Assembly (NCBI GenBank): GCA_963818505.1
Contig: CAWFSJ010000005.1
Span: forward strand, 10,149 to 74,148
Reading direction: 5' to 3'
Length of the DNA: 64,000 bases
Origin: an uncultured Actinomycetota bacterium
GTDB lineage: Bacteria; Actinomycetota; Actinomycetes; S36-B12; UBA10799
The notes beneath the pieces are model-generated. The model made no database searches. It saw only the letters and a list, made by a program, of their open reading frames with translations, and was not told where the DNA came from. The position numbers were made by a program, and so were the translations under genes. Of the stretch, positions 19,850 through 30,250 are shown piece after piece (within the stretch, counting starts at the first letter, position 1; every line of letters starts with the position of its first letter).

Positions 19850-21347
19850 TGCTGGTCACCCCTGCCATGAGAAGGCCGATATCGTCTCTGGACGTCTCGG
19901 GTCCGACCATCCCGATGATGGCGCCGCGGTACATGACCGCGATCCTGTCGGACAAAGCGAAGATCTCGTCGAGCTCACTGCTGATGATCAAGACAGCGGC
20001 ACCCCGGTCGCGTTCTGCCACGATCCGCTTGTGCAAGAACTCGATCGATCCGACGTCGACCCCTCGGGTGGGCTGCGAAGCCACAAGGATGCGCAGTTCC
20101 CGCGACATCTCCCGGGCCATGACGACCTTCTGCTTGTTGCCGCCGGAAAGCGACGACACCGGCGCCTGCGCACCTTGGGTTCGCACGTCGAACTCGTCGA
20201 TCAGCTCCACCGCCCGCGAGTCGATCACCGCGGACTTCATGACGCCGTTGGACGAATAGGGCGCGTTCTTGATCTGGTCGAGGACCAGGTTCTCCGTCAC
20301 CGTGAAGGAACTGATCAGACCATCGTGCTCACGGTCCTCGGGCACGTAGCCCAGACCCGAATCGAGGATGGCCCGAGGCGTGCGCCCCAGCAGATCCTTG
20401 CCCTCCAGCGACAGAGTCCCAGTGACTTCACCCTCGAACAGCCCTGTGAGGACCTGGGCCAGTTCGGTCTGCCCGTTGCCTTGAACACCGGCGACGCCGA
20501 GGATCTCCCCGGCACGCACCTCGAAATTGAGGTCGCGCAGCATGGGCCGACCCTCCAGGTCCGCCGCTGAGAGGTCCTTGACCTCGAGGACGGGCTGGCC
20601 TGGGTCTGCCGGCGGCTTTTCCACCGTGAGGCTGACCTCGCGACCCACCATCATCCCTGCCAGTTCGGCCTGGGTCGCCTCCGGCGTGGCCTCGCCCACC
20701 ACCCGACCGCGACGGATCACCACGATCCGGTCGGCGGCGGCGCGCACCTCGCGCAGCTTGTGGGAGATGAACACGATGCTCGTGCCCTTGGACTTCAGGT
20801 CTTTCATGATCCCGAGTAGCTCGTCGGTCTCCTGCGGCGTCAGGACCGCCGTCGGCTCATCCAGGATCAGCACCCCGGCATCGCGCACGAGGGCTTTGAT
20901 GATCTCGACACGCTGCTGAACGCCCACAGGGAGGTCCTCGACCAGCGCGTCGGGGTCGACGTCCAGGCGATAGGCCTGCGACACCCGCCGGACCTCCTCG
21001 CGCGCCGCTTCGATGTCGAGGAACGCGCCTTTGGTGTGCTCGTGGCCGAGCATCACGTTCTCCGCCACGGTGAAGGGCGGGATCAGCATGAAGTGCTGAT
21101 GGACCATGCCTATCCCCGCGTTCATGGCATCGCCAGGACCTTCGAAGTCCTCCACGACGTCGTTGACGAGAATCTCACCGCTGGTCGGTTCCAGCAGGCC
21201 GTAGACGACGTTCATCAGCGTGCTCTTGCCGGCCCCGTTCTCCCCGAGCAGGGCGACGATCTCACCCGGGTTGACCACCAAGGAGATGTCCTCGTTGGCC
21301 GCGAAGTCGCCGAACTTCTTGGTGATGTTGCGCAACTCGAGTTTCAC
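19842..21347 (-). CDS. ABC transporter ATP-binding protein with two fused ATPase domains
   Basis: Walker A GENGAGKST, signature LSGGNKQK, and duplicated ABC domains in 501 aa. Confidence 0.93.
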   Translation of the reverse strand: MKLELRNITKKFGDFAANEDISLVVNPGEIVALLGENGAGKSTLMNVVYGLLEPTSGEILVNDVVEDFEGPGDAMNAGIGMVHQHFMLIPPFTVAENVMLGHEHTKGAFLDIEAAREEVRRVSQAYRLDVDPDALVEDLPVGVQQRVEIIKALVRDAGVLILDEPTAVLTPQETDELLGIMKDLKSKGTSIVFISHKLREVRAAADRIVVIRRGRVVGEATPEATQAELAGMMVGREVSLTVEKPPADPGQPVLEVKDLSAADLEGRPMLRDLNFEVRAGEILGVAGVQGNGQTELAQVLTGLFEGEVTGTLSLEGKDLLGRTPRAILDSGLGYVPEDREHDGLISSFTVTENLVLDQIKNAPYSSNGVMKSAVIDSRAVELIDEFDVRTQGAQAPVSSLSGGNKQKVVMAREMSRELRILVASQPTRGVDVGSIEFLHKRIVAERDRGAAVLIISSELDEIFALSDRIAVMYRGAIIGMVGPETSRDDIGLLMAGVTSNE

Positions 21348-21414
21348 GCGATCCTCCTACATGGCAATGAGGGGCCCAAGCATGCGCCTGGACCCCTCAT
21401 GCCGTTTGGGTTTC

Positions 21415-22506
21415 TCAGCTTGCCGCGGGCTTCGGCTGGTTGGGCGAAGTCACCTCGATGGTGCCGTCGATGATGCCCTGCTTGATCTCGTCCAGCTGGG
21501 TCTTCAACTCGGCCGGGACCTGGTCCTCGAAGTCGTGGAACGGGGCGAGCCCGGTTCCGTCGTTCTCCAGGGTTCCGACGTACTCCTCATTGGTGAACTC
21601 ACCGTTGACCGCTTGGCCGATGGTGTCGGTCACCGCGATGTCGATCTTCTTGAGCACCGATGTCAGGAAGACGTCCTTGTACTGCGGCGCGGACTCGTAG
21701 CCGTCGCTGTCCACCCAGATGATGTCGGCCTTGCCGGTCGTCTGGGCTTCCTTGGCGGCACCGAGACCAACCGGTCCGGCAACCGGGAAGATGATGTCTG
21801 CACCCTGCTGGATGAAGTTCTTCGCCAGCTGCTGACCCTTGGCCTGGTCCTCGAAGCCACCGGCCATGGAGCCGGCGTCGGGCTTGTTCTGGTCCCAACC
21901 GAGGACCTCGACGTTGGTGCCGTTCTGCTCGTTGTAGTACTGCACGCCCTCCCAGTAGCCGTCCATGAACGCGGTCACCGACGGAATGGCCAGACCACCG
22001 AATGTGGCGACCTTGCCCGTCTGGCTCATGCCAGCGGCCAGGTAGCCGGCCAGGAAGGACGACTGGGCGGTGTTGAACACCAGGCCCTTCATGTTGTCGA
22101 TCTCAGGGTCGCTGGCTGCGTCGACGATGGCGAACTTCTCGTCCGGGTTCTGGGTCGCGCCTTCCTTGGTGGCGTCCTCCATCAGGAACCCGACGGTGAT
22201 GATGATGCCGCAGTCGTCGTTGACCAGGGCATTGATGTTGGGCGCGTAATCGGTCTGGCTCTTGGATTCCAGGAACTTCTCCTGGACGCCGAACTCCGCA
22301 ACGGCATCCTGCACACCCTTGTAGGCCGATGCGTTGAAGGAGCGGTCATCGATACCGCCGGCATCGGAGACCATGCAGGCCAAGAAGTCGCTACTGCCCG
22401 AAGCTGCGGGCGACGCACTGCTGCCCGAATCGGACGGGGCACTGCCGCAGGCTCCCAATGTCAGAGCTGCGGCCGCACCTATGGCGACCAGACTGAACTT
22501 CCTCAT
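21415..22506 (-). CDS. BMP-family (PnrA/Med-like) ABC substrate-binding lipoprotein, probable nucleoside binding
   Basis: ORF trimmed to ATG 22506, preceded by GGGAGGAAAT. Lipobox LTLGAC is present, followed by SDAGGIDDRSFN, which is typical of the BMP family. Confidence 0.9.
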   Translation of the reverse strand: MRKFSLVAIGAAAALTLGACGSAPSDSGSSASPAASGSSDFLACMVSDAGGIDDRSFNASAYKGVQDAVAEFGVQEKFLESKSQTDYAPNINALVNDDCGIIITVGFLMEDATKEGATQNPDEKFAIVDAASDPEIDNMKGLVFNTAQSSFLAGYLAAGMSQTGKVATFGGLAIPSVTAFMDGYWEGVQYYNEQNGTNVEVLGWDQNKPDAGSMAGGFEDQAKGQQLAKNFIQQGADIIFPVAGPVGLGAAKEAQTTGKADIIWVDSDGYESAPQYKDVFLTSVLKKIDIAVTDTIGQAVNGEFTNEEYVGTLENDGTGLAPFHDFEDQVPAELKTQLDEIKQGIIDGTIEVTSPNQPKPAAS

Positions 22507-22752
22507 ATTTCCTCCCAGACGTTGACTCGTAGAAGACCTTACGCGCGCCTTACATGCTCTGTCTCGTGACATGCCGGATCTTGCGCAGGCGGGGGGGTCG
22601 GCGATGGGAGGCCGAAAGCCCGGTCTCGGGGGGCTTCGAGCGACAGGGTCCCACGGGTAATCGGACATTCGTCACCTAAGGGGATGGTGGGAAGACCGGT
22701 AACGCGAGCGCCCACTAGCATGGCGAAGTAACCACCGCCCGAGGAGGTATCT

Positions 22753-23148
22753 GTGCCTAGCGCTTCAGTCGGCACGCTCTACCGAGGTCATGCGGGGATG
22801 TGGACCTGGGTCGCCCACCGCATCACCGGTGTGGCCGTCTTCTTCTTCCTGCTGGTCCATGTCCTGGACACGGCTCTCGTCCGGGTTTCACCTGCCGCCT
22901 ACGACGAAGTGATCGCGACCTACAAGACACCGCTTGTCAACCTCATGGAGGTCGGGCTTGTCGGTGCGGTCCTGTTCCACGCACTCAACGGCATCCGCAT
23001 CATTCTGGTGGACTTCTGGTCGAAGGGTCCGCGCCTGCAGCGGCAGATGACCTGGACGATCATGGCCATCTGGCTGGTGCTCATGGTCCCCGGCACCTAC
23101 TTCATGCTCATCCACACCATCGAGTCGTTGTTCGGGAGCACGTCATGA
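22753..23148 (+). CDS. sdhC: succinate dehydrogenase cytochrome b subunit
   Basis: 131-aa protein with three TM helices, GTG start preceded by GAGGAGG, and first position in the sdhCDAB order. Confidence 0.85.
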   Translation: MPSASVGTLYRGHAGMWTWVAHRITGVAVFFFLLVHVLDTALVRVSPAAYDEVIATYKTPLVNLMEVGLVGAVLFHALNGIRIILVDFWSKGPRLQRQMTWTIMAIWLVLMVPGTYFMLIHTIESLFGSTS

Positions 23149-23546
23149 GCGCGCCGGCCCTCAACCTGCCCAAGTCGGCCCGCAGTGGTGGGCGCACGAA
23201 CTACGAGATGTGGTCCTGGATCTTCATGCGCGTGTCCGGCATCGTGCTGGTCTTCCTCGTACTGGGTCACCTGCTGATCATGAACATCCTCGACGGCGGG
23301 GTCCAGCGCATCAACTTCGCCTTTGTGGCCGGACGGTGGAGCAGCCCGTTCTGGCAGATCTGGGACCTGCTGCAACTGTGGCTGGCCATGATCCACGGCG
23401 CCAACGGACTACGCACGATCATCAACGACTACTCCGAGCGCGACCAGACACGGTTCTGGCTCAAGGCAGCACTGCTCACCGCCACGGTGTTCACCATCGC
23501 CCTCGGCACTCTGGTGATCTTCACCTTCGACCCCGCGATCAGTTGA
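23145..23546 (+). CDS. sdhD: succinate dehydrogenase hydrophobic membrane anchor subunit
   Basis: ATG 23145 overlaps the sdhC stop (ATGA). The 133-aa product MSAPALNLPKSARSGG... has TM helices. It is the in-frame 3' part of ORF 22800..23546. Confidence 0.8.
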   Translation: MSAPALNLPKSARSGGRTNYEMWSWIFMRVSGIVLVFLVLGHLLIMNILDGGVQRINFAFVAGRWSSPFWQIWDLLQLWLAMIHGANGLRTIINDYSERDQTRFWLKAALLTATVFTIALGTLVIFTFDPAIS

Positions 23547-23551
23547 GGTAG

Positions 23552-25303
23552 ATGATGCAAACCCATCAGTACGACGTCGTCATCGTCGGCGCAGGTGGCG
23601 CCGGGATGCGTGCCGCTCTCGAGTCCGGCACCCGGGCCCGTACCGCCGTTCTCACCAAGCTGTACCCCACGCGTTCCCACACCGGTGCCGCCCAGGGCGG
23701 CATGTGCGCGGCGTTGGCCAACGTGGAAGAGGACAACTGGGAGTGGCACACCTTCGACACGATCAAGGGTGGCGACTACCTCGTCGACCAGGACGCAGCC
23801 GAGATCATGTGCAAAGAGGCGATCGACGCGGTCATCGACCTCGAGAAGATGGGGCTGCCGTTCAACCGCACGCCCGAAGGCCGCATCGACCAGCGTCGCT
23901 TCGGTGGGCACACCCGCAACCACGGTGAGGCGGCCGTTCGTCGGGCTTGTTATGCCGCGGACCGCACGGGGCACATGATCCTGCAGACGCTTTACCAGAA
24001 CTGCATCAAGCAGGGCGTCGAGTTCTACAACGAGTACTACGTCCTGGACCTGGTGATGTCCGAGGACGGCCAGCGCACCGCCGGGGTCGTCGCGCTGGAA
24101 CTGGCCACGGGACAACTGCATGTGTTCCGCGCCAAGTCGGTGGTGTTCGCCACCGGCGGTTTCGGCAAGGTCTACAAGACCACCTCCAACGCCCACACCC
24201 TGACCGGCGACGGCATCGGCATCGTCTGGCGCAAGGGCCTGCCTCTTGAGGACATGGAGTTCTACCAGTTCCACCCGACCGGTTTGGCCGGCCTCGGCGT
24301 GCTGCTCACCGAGGGCGCCCGCGGCGAGGGTGGCATCCTGCGCAACAAGGACGGCGAGCGTTTCATGGAGCGCTACGCCCCCACGATCAAGGACCTCGCG
24401 CCACGCGACATGGTCGCCCGCGCGATGGTGCAGGAAGTGCGTGAAGGTCGCGGCGCGGGCCCCGACGCCGACTACGTGTACCTGGACCTCACCCACCTGC
24501 CCGCCGAGCAGATCGAGTCGAAGCTGCCGGACATCACCGAGTTCGCGCGGACCTACCTCGGCGTTGACCCGATCACCGAGTTGGTGCCGGTGTTCCCGAC
24601 GGCCCACTACGCAATGGGTGGCATCCCGACGAACATCGAGACCGAGGTCCTTCGCGACAACGACACCGTGGTGCCTGGTCTGTACGCAGCTGGCGAATGC
24701 GCGTGTGTGAGTGTGCACGGGGCCAACCGTTTGGGCACCAACTCGCTGTTGGACATCAACGTCTTCGGCCGCCGGGCAGGGATCGCCGCGGCCGAGTACG
24801 CCCTCACCGCCGAACTGCCGGACCTGCCCGAGACCCCGGCGGCCTTCGTCGCAGAGATGGTTGAGGGACTTCGCGACGCGACCGGTGGCGAGCGGGTCGG
24901 CGAGATCCGCAAGGCCATGCAGGAGACCATGGACATGAACGCCCAGGTCTACCGCACGGAGACCACCCTCAAGCAGGCCCTGTCCGACGTCCAGGAGTTG
25001 CAGCGCCGCTACCGCAACGTCGCCATTCACGACAAGGGGCAGCGCTACAACACCGAGTTGCTTGAGGCGATCGAGTTGGGCTTCCTGCTCGACCTGGCCG
25101 AGGTGCTCGTGGTGGGTGCGATCGAGCGCAAAGAGTCACGCGGCGGTCATGCCCGCGAGGACTACCAAGCCCGTGACGATGTGAACTTCATGCGCCACAC
25201 CATGGCGTACCGCCACGTCGGCGAGGACGGCGAACCCAGCGTCCGGCTCGATTACAAACCCGTCATCGTCACCCGGTACCAACCGATGGAGCGCAAGTAC
25301 TGA
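23552..25303 (+). CDS. sdhA: succinate dehydrogenase flavoprotein subunit
   Basis: [18 protein letters not shown] fold; motifs SHTGAAQGG and RLGTNSLLD. Confidence 0.96.
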   Translation: MMQTHQYDVVIVGAGGAGMRAALESGTRARTAVLTKLYPTRSHTGAAQGGMCAALANVEEDNWEWHTFDTIKGGDYLVDQDAAEIMCKEAIDAVIDLEKMGLPFNRTPEGRIDQRRFGGHTRNHGEAAVRRACYAADRTGHMILQTLYQNCIKQGVEFYNEYYVLDLVMSEDGQRTAGVVALELATGQLHVFRAKSVVFATGGFGKVYKTTSNAHTLTGDGIGIVWRKGLPLEDMEFYQFHPTGLAGLGVLLTEGARGEGGILRNKDGERFMERYAPTIKDLAPRDMVARAMVQEVREGRGAGPDADYVYLDLTHLPAEQIESKLPDITEFARTYLGVDPITELVPVFPTAHYAMGGIPTNIETEVLRDNDTVVPGLYAAGECACVSVHGANRLGTNSLLDINVFGRRAGIAAAEYALTAELPDLPETPAAFVAEMVEGLRDATGGERVGEIRKAMQETMDMNAQVYRTETTLKQALSDVQELQRRYRNVAIHDKGQRYNTELLEAIELGFLLDLAEVLVVGAIERKESRGGHAREDYQARDDVNFMRHTMAYRHVGEDGEPSVRLDYKPVIVTRYQPMERKY

Positions 25304-26040
25304 TGACCACCACCGTTCCTGAGCAGATCAAACGCCTCGACGTCACGTTCAAGATCGCCCGGTTCATCCCGGAGACCGACGAGGAACCGCATTACGAGGA
25401 GTACTCGGTGCAGGCGTTGCCCACCGACCGTGTGCTGACCGTGCTGCAGCGGATCAAGGACGAGATCGACGGCACGTTGACGTTCCGGCGCTCGTGCGCA
25501 CACGGGATCTGCGGCTCGGACGCGATCCGGATCAACGGCCGCAACCGGTTGGCGTGCAAGACCCTTATCAAGGACTTGAACATCAAGAAGCCGGTGATCA
25601 TCGAGGCGATCAAGGGTCTGCCCCTTGAGAAGGACCTCGTGGTCGATATGGAGCCGTTCTTCCAGGCCTACCGCGACGTGATGCCGTTCCTGATCTCCGA
25701 GGGCCACGAACCCGTGCGGGAGCGCCTGCAGTCCGCCGAGGACCGCGCCATCTTCGACGACACGACCAAGTGCATCCTGTGTGCCTGCTGCACAACCTCC
25801 TGCCCGGTCTTCTGGAGCGACGGCCAGTACTTCGGCCCACAGGCGATCGTGGGCGCACACCGGTTCATCTTCGACTCACGCGACCAGGGCACCGACCTGC
25901 GCCTGGACATCCTGAACTCACAAGAGGGTGTGTGGCGCTGCCGCACCACCTTCAACTGCACCGACGCCTGCCCCCGCGGCATCGAGGTCACCAAGGCGAT
26001 CCAGGAAGTCAAGCGGGCTTTGATGTTCCGGCGGGACTGA
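25303..26040 (+). CDS. sdhB: succinate dehydrogenase iron-sulfur subunit
   Basis: Cys clusters CAHGICGSD, CILCACCTTSCP and CTDACP. One-nt overlap with the sdhA stop. Confidence 0.96.
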   Translation: MTTTVPEQIKRLDVTFKIARFIPETDEEPHYEEYSVQALPTDRVLTVLQRIKDEIDGTLTFRRSCAHGICGSDAIRINGRNRLACKTLIKDLNIKKPVIIEAIKGLPLEKDLVVDMEPFFQAYRDVMPFLISEGHEPVRERLQSAEDRAIFDDTTKCILCACCTTSCPVFWSDGQYFGPQAIVGAHRFIFDSRDQGTDLRLDILNSQEGVWRCRTTFNCTDACPRGIEVTKAIQEVKRALMFRRD

Positions 26041-26075
26041 CGCCCGCCGAGGTACGTGGTCCCAAGACCGCCCGC

Positions 26076-26143
26076 GTTAGAGGTTGTGGTCCTCGTTAGC
26101 GAATCCACGCGTTGTTTCGCTAACCAACCGCACAACCTCTAAC
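26076..26143. repeat. 68-bp palindromic intergenic element, copy 3 (opposite orientation to copies 1, 2 and 4)
   Basis: GTTAGAGGTTGTG-GTCCTC-GTTAGC-GAATCCACGCGTTGTTTC-GCTAAC-CAACCG-CACAACCTCTAAC. Confidence 0.9.
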
Positions 26144-26178
26144 CAGGACCGGGGCGGGCCGCCGCCGAACGCCCGGCC

Positions 26179-26577
26179 TTAAACCACCCCGCCGTGTTCC
26201 GGGTGCAGCGGTGAGTCGGGGGCGGGTTTCTCCAGTGGGCGGTAGGTGTAGAAGAACGTGCAGCCACCTGGGCCGACATCGGTGACTGCGTGGGGCACGG
26301 TCGGGGGGATGTAGATGTAAGACCCCTGGCCGAGGCGCTTGCCGACCATCGTGCACTCACCATCGAGGATCAGGATGTGGTGATGTGCGGCGTGATGCAC
26401 GTGTTCGGGGTTCTGCTTTCCCTCGTCCACGTGCATGAGCCCGAGCGTCACGTCACCGGACTGCCAAAGCAACTTCTGATAGACACCGGAAAGGCCCGGG
26501 ATCGGCTCCCATGCCATGGCTTCAATGTCTTGCCCACTGCTCACGATCAGTGTGCCGAGGTCGTCCCTATTCATCAC
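26179..26577 (-). CDS. cupin-domain protein
   Basis: 132 aa. His-rich metal motif EHVHHAAHHHILILDGE and a second motif YIPPTVPHAV, matching the cupin_2 pattern. Confidence 0.8.
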   Translation of the reverse strand: MMNRDDLGTLIVSSGQDIEAMAWEPIPGLSGVYQKLLWQSGDVTLGLMHVDEGKQNPEHVHHAAHHHILILDGECTMVGKRLGQGSYIYIPPTVPHAVTDVGPGGCTFFYTYRPLEKPAPDSPLHPEHGGVV

Positions 26578-26699
26578 TCACACCGCCTCTCCTGTGCCCA
26601 CCCTATTCCCGTCGGGCGACGTTGCGCAGTGGATCTGCAACCCGTCACGATCCCCAGCGTGGCGCAGCCCGAATCCCCCGAATCCGGCACTTAATCTGA

Positions 26700-28142
26700 T
26701 TGTTAATGCGTACCACGATCATCGCCTCAGCAGCAGTCATCTCAATGCTCGTCGCCGCTCCGGCTTGGGCCGAGGAGGCCGTCGAACCGTCTGCGAGTCC
26801 GACCCCCACCGCGGCAGCCGGTGTCGAGATCCCCAACTTCGCCACGAAGGCTTGGATCGTCGCTGACGCTCAGTCAGGGGACATCCTCGCCGGCCAGGAC
26901 TACACGGTTGCGCGCCCGATGGCCTCGACCTTGAAGACCCTGACAGCCCTCACTCTGCTTCCGCGTCTTCAGATGGACAGCACCTACGTGGCAGAGGCGC
27001 GCGAGACCCTGACCGAGGGCATGCATGTCGGTGTGCTCGCCGGGCAGAAGTACACCGTCTCGCAGTTGTTCCACGGGATGTTGATGCGCAGCGGGAACGA
27101 TGCCGCAATAGCGCTGGCCGACGCATACGGCTACCAGCGCACCCTCGACGCGATGAACGCGGAGGCGGCGCGAGTAGGAGCGAACTCCACGAAGGCACTG
27201 TCTCCAAATGGGCTGGACCGGCCCGGTCAGGTGACCACCGCGGCCGACCTCGCACAGATCTACCGGATTGCGATCCAAGACCCTCGCCTGCAGGAGATCC
27301 TCACCGCACGCGAGGCTGAGTTCCCAGCGCAACTGCCCAAGGATCCGAAGCAAGCAGCAACCACCTTCACGATCTTCAACCACGACACCCTGCTCAACAC
27401 CAACTACCCCGGCTTCAAGGGAGCCAAGAGCGGCTTCACCAGCCAGGCAGGCCGAACCTACGTGGCGTCGGCCGAACAGAACGGCCGAACGTTGGTCGTC
27501 GCACTGCTCGGCATCGGGGGCGGCACGACCCAGACTGCGCGACAGGTCCTGGATTGGGCGTTCGCCAACGCCGATGATCTGTCTGCGGTCGGACAGTTGC
27601 CCGAACCACAGGACGCGGGTGAGATCGTCGCAGAGCCGGCGAACAGCGACGGCGCCGACCTCGCCCCGATGCCTTTGGACGAGCAGACCATGACCGGCGT
27701 CGAATCCGTCGTGCAGACCGCGCAGGCCGTTACGACCCAGGCGGTCCAGTTCTCCCCCGAAACGAACATCGCGCCATTGCCGGTCGCCGCGGGTACGTCC
27801 GTTTCGGCCATCACGACCGAGCCGACTGTGCTGACAGCCACTGGCACCGGTGGCATTGTCGCCCTTTCCGGTCTCCAGGCCCCGCCGTTCGCGCCGGCCC
27901 CCACGGTCGCGACCCAGGAACCGGCGGCTCGAGGGTTCTTCGCGACCCTGTTCGTCGGGCTGCTCAAGGCGTTGCTCTGGATCGCGTTGTTCTTGGGCAT
28001 CGCGGTCGTCTTGCTGAGGATCCGGGCGGTCCGTCGGCGCAACCGACGCCGGGCTCGCTACGAGGAAGTTATGCGCCAGCGCTCAATTCAAAGTCGCGAA
28101 GCGGACCCCACACCCCAGCGGACCCCATCTCGTACAGGGTGA
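26700..28142 (+). CDS. serine-type D-Ala-D-Ala carboxypeptidase (PBP5/DacB-like) with C-terminal membrane anchor
   Basis: Signal peptide; SxxK (ASTLK), SxN (RSGND) and KxG (KSGFT) motifs; a Pro/Thr-rich linker; C-terminal TM helix and Arg-rich tail. Confidence 0.88.
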   Translation: MLMRTTIIASAAVISMLVAAPAWAEEAVEPSASPTPTAAAGVEIPNFATKAWIVADAQSGDILAGQDYTVARPMASTLKTLTALTLLPRLQMDSTYVAEARETLTEGMHVGVLAGQKYTVSQLFHGMLMRSGNDAAIALADAYGYQRTLDAMNAEAARVGANSTKALSPNGLDRPGQVTTAADLAQIYRIAIQDPRLQEILTAREAEFPAQLPKDPKQAATTFTIFNHDTLLNTNYPGFKGAKSGFTSQAGRTYVASAEQNGRTLVVALLGIGGGTTQTARQVLDWAFANADDLSAVGQLPEPQDAGEIVAEPANSDGADLAPMPLDEQTMTGVESVVQTAQAVTTQAVQFSPETNIAPLPVAAGTSVSAITTEPTVLTATGTGGIVALSGLQAPPFAPAPTVATQEPAARGFFATLFVGLLKALLWIALFLGIAVVLLRIRAVRRRNRRRARYEEVMRQRSIQSREADPTPQRTPSRTG

Positions 28143-28584
28143 TCGCGTCGGCAGTGAAGGCCGCTTCGTAGTCGGACAGAGTCTGCTGGGCCACGCTGAG
28201 AACGGCCTCTGGCAAATCATGAGCCACGGTGACGTGCGGGTGGTACGGGAATCGAATGTTTCGTGCCAGCGGTCCCGAACGCACATCGGCTTCCAGGGTG
28301 ACGATCGGTTGATCTCCAGTCGCCACCCGAACATAGACGACCGGCGACATCGGGCGGAAGGTCCCTGTCCCCTTCAGTACGACAGGGAACGCCTCATGCC
28401 GGCTGGCTACGCCCTGCAAATGTGACTCGACAGCCGAAAGATCCTTGACCTGGGTCGGTGGCAGCAGTGTCACGTGGGCCTGGATCAAGTGCGCGGCAGG
28501 ATCACCGAACCGATCGCGCCACCCTTCAAGTTCGTCGGCGAACGGTCTCGGGATTGCGATCGCGACCCCGATGGTGCGCTTCAC
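28069..28584 (-). CDS. 2H phosphoesterase superfamily protein (LigT / 2'-5' RNA ligase-like)
   Basis: Two HxT motifs (AHVTLLPP and HPHVTVAHD). GTG start overlaps the trpS stop (GTGA). Confidence 0.8.
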   Translation of the reverse strand: MKRTIGVAIAIPRPFADELEGWRDRFGDPAAHLIQAHVTLLPPTQVKDLSAVESHLQGVASRHEAFPVVLKGTGTFRPMSPVVYVRVATGDQPIVTLEADVRSGPLARNIRFPYHPHVTVAHDLPEAVLSVAQQTLSDYEAAFTADAITLYEMGSAGVWGPLRDFELSAGA

Positions 28585-29582
28585 CCTCGTCCTGCCTGCA
28601 GCCCCATCGCCGAGTACACCGCATCCATCGTGGGTTGGGCGGCCTCTCGTGCGCGCTGTCCCCCGACGTCCATGAGCCTGTCCAGTTCCGCAGGATCCTC
28701 AAGCAACTCCCGTGTCCGATTTGCGAAGGGCTCTGCCACGGCAACGACCGCCTCGGCCGCCGCCACCTTCAAAGGCCCGTACATCCCGCCGCTGTACTCC
28801 GCCTCCACCTCTTGTGCGCTGCGGCCGGTAGCGGCGGCCAGGATGCTGATGAGGTTGGACACCCCCGGTTTGTTCACTGGGTCGTAGCGCACCTGGGTCT
28901 GCGAGTCCGTCACCGCCGACTTGATCTTCTTGGAGATCTGCTTCGGTGAGTCGAGCATGAACACGCAGCCGCCCGGCACCGACTTGCTCATCTTCGCGGT
29001 GGGCTCCTGCAGGTCGAGAATCTTGGCCGTGTCCTTGACGATGTACGGTTCGGGCACCACGAAGGTCTGTCCATAACGGGAGTTGAAGCGCTCGGCCAGG
29101 TCTCGAGTGAGTTCGAGGTGTTGGCGCTGGTCCTCGCCGACGGGAACGGCTTGCGCCTGGTAGAGCAGGATGTCGGCGGCCTGCAAGCAGGGATAGGTGA
29201 AAAGGCCCACGGACGCGCTGCCAGACCCCTCCTTCGCGGTCTTGTCCTTGAACTGGGTCATCCGGGAAGCCTCCCCGAATCCGGTGAGGCACATCATGAC
29301 CCAGCCCAGCTGACTGTGGGCAGGCACGTCGCTCTGCACGAACAGCGTCGATCGCGCCGGGTCGATGCCGGCGGCCAGCAACTGCGCGAACGATACGCGT
29401 GTGCGTTGCGCCTGCAGTTCCGGGTCAACGGGAACTGTGATGGCATGCAGATCGACCACACAGTAGAAGGCATCATTCTCGTCCTGCAGCGCCACCCAGT
29501 GCTGCAGCGCCCCGAAGTAGTTGCCGATGTGGAAACTCTCACTCGTCGGCTGGATGCCGGACAGGATGCGCGGGTGGGACAT
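28581..29582 (-). CDS. trpS: tryptophan--tRNA ligase
   Basis: ORF trimmed to ATG 29582 ([13 protein letters not shown]). HIGN and KMSKS motifs are present. Confidence 0.95.
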   Translation of the reverse strand: MSHPRILSGIQPTSESFHIGNYFGALQHWVALQDENDAFYCVVDLHAITVPVDPELQAQRTRVSFAQLLAAGIDPARSTLFVQSDVPAHSQLGWVMMCLTGFGEASRMTQFKDKTAKEGSGSASVGLFTYPCLQAADILLYQAQAVPVGEDQRQHLELTRDLAERFNSRYGQTFVVPEPYIVKDTAKILDLQEPTAKMSKSVPGGCVFMLDSPKQISKKIKSAVTDSQTQVRYDPVNKPGVSNLISILAAATGRSAQEVEAEYSGGMYGPLKVAAAEAVVAVAEPFANRTRELLEDPAELDRLMDVGGQRAREAAQPTMDAVYSAMGLQAGRG

Positions 29583-29656
29583 GGGCCCATTGTGGCGGTT
29601 TACCCGCGTCGAGGTTCCGGGAGGGTTGATGCACAGCTGAGCTACCATGCCTACTC

Positions 29657-30250
29657 GTGATCAATGACTCCGCCTTCGCCACGGCGCCCACGTTGTGCAA
29701 GGTGGCCACAGGCGGCCACTGGGAGCGGGCTGTGGTCTTCCAGCCCGGGCAGATGCCGTCGGAGGCGGAGGTCCTCGAACGGTTCGGATCGCCCGAAGAG
29801 GTGGCATGTGAGGCGTTCTTCGGCCAGGCGTTCTTCGGCGTGCGCAAGCATGGTCCTGACGTTGCGGGCTTTGTTGTGGCGTTCACCGACGCCTTGGCGT
29901 CGGCCGGCAGCGGTCAGGACTTCTTCCGATCAATGGCCGGTATGGGGATCATCCTTGAGACGGGCTTTCAGTTCGCGGAGATCGGGGCCGAGGGCGCGTG
30001 GAACAGCGTCGGGGCGTTCCGGATCATGGATCCCTGCGCGGCTCTGAAACACATCGACTCTGTGTGGCGTGAGATCGCCGCCGCACCTGTGGGACAGGAC
30101 ACAGCTCACAACAAGGCCGTCGAGTTCACCTTTGCTGCAGGGGCGACACATTGGCTGGCACTTCCGGTATCGGAGTCCGGCGTGCTGGCACGGGCACCAT
30201 TGGAAGAGGCGCTACGCACTTTCTGCGACTGGTCTCAGTCCTCGGCTTGA
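29657..30250 (+). CDS. hypothetical protein
   Basis: 197-aa ORF with GTG start and consistently GC-rich third codon positions. No motif recognised. Confidence 0.6.
   Translation: MINDSAFATAPTLCKVATGGHWERAVVFQPGQMPSEAEVLERFGSPEEVACEAFFGQAFFGVRKHGPDVAGFVVAFTDALASAGSGQDFFRSMAGMGIILETGFQFAEIGAEGAWNSVGAFRIMDPCAALKHIDSVWREIAAAPVGQDTAHNKAVEFTFAAGATHWLALPVSESGVLARAPLEEALRTFCDWSQSSA

Noticed and set aside
22507-22752. Riboswitch or other structured RNA in the 246-bp divergent region between the nucleoside ABC operon and sdhC.
   Set aside because: I read both strands. G-runs and short hairpins are present but nothing resembles a known purine, PreQ1 or other riboswitch core, so this is most simply two promoters. 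It may still be worth a cmscan.
29583-29656. Possible T-box or other leader upstream of trpS.
   Set aside because: Only 74 bp are available, shared with a divergent gene. That is far too short for a T-box, and no specifier or antiterminator features are seen.
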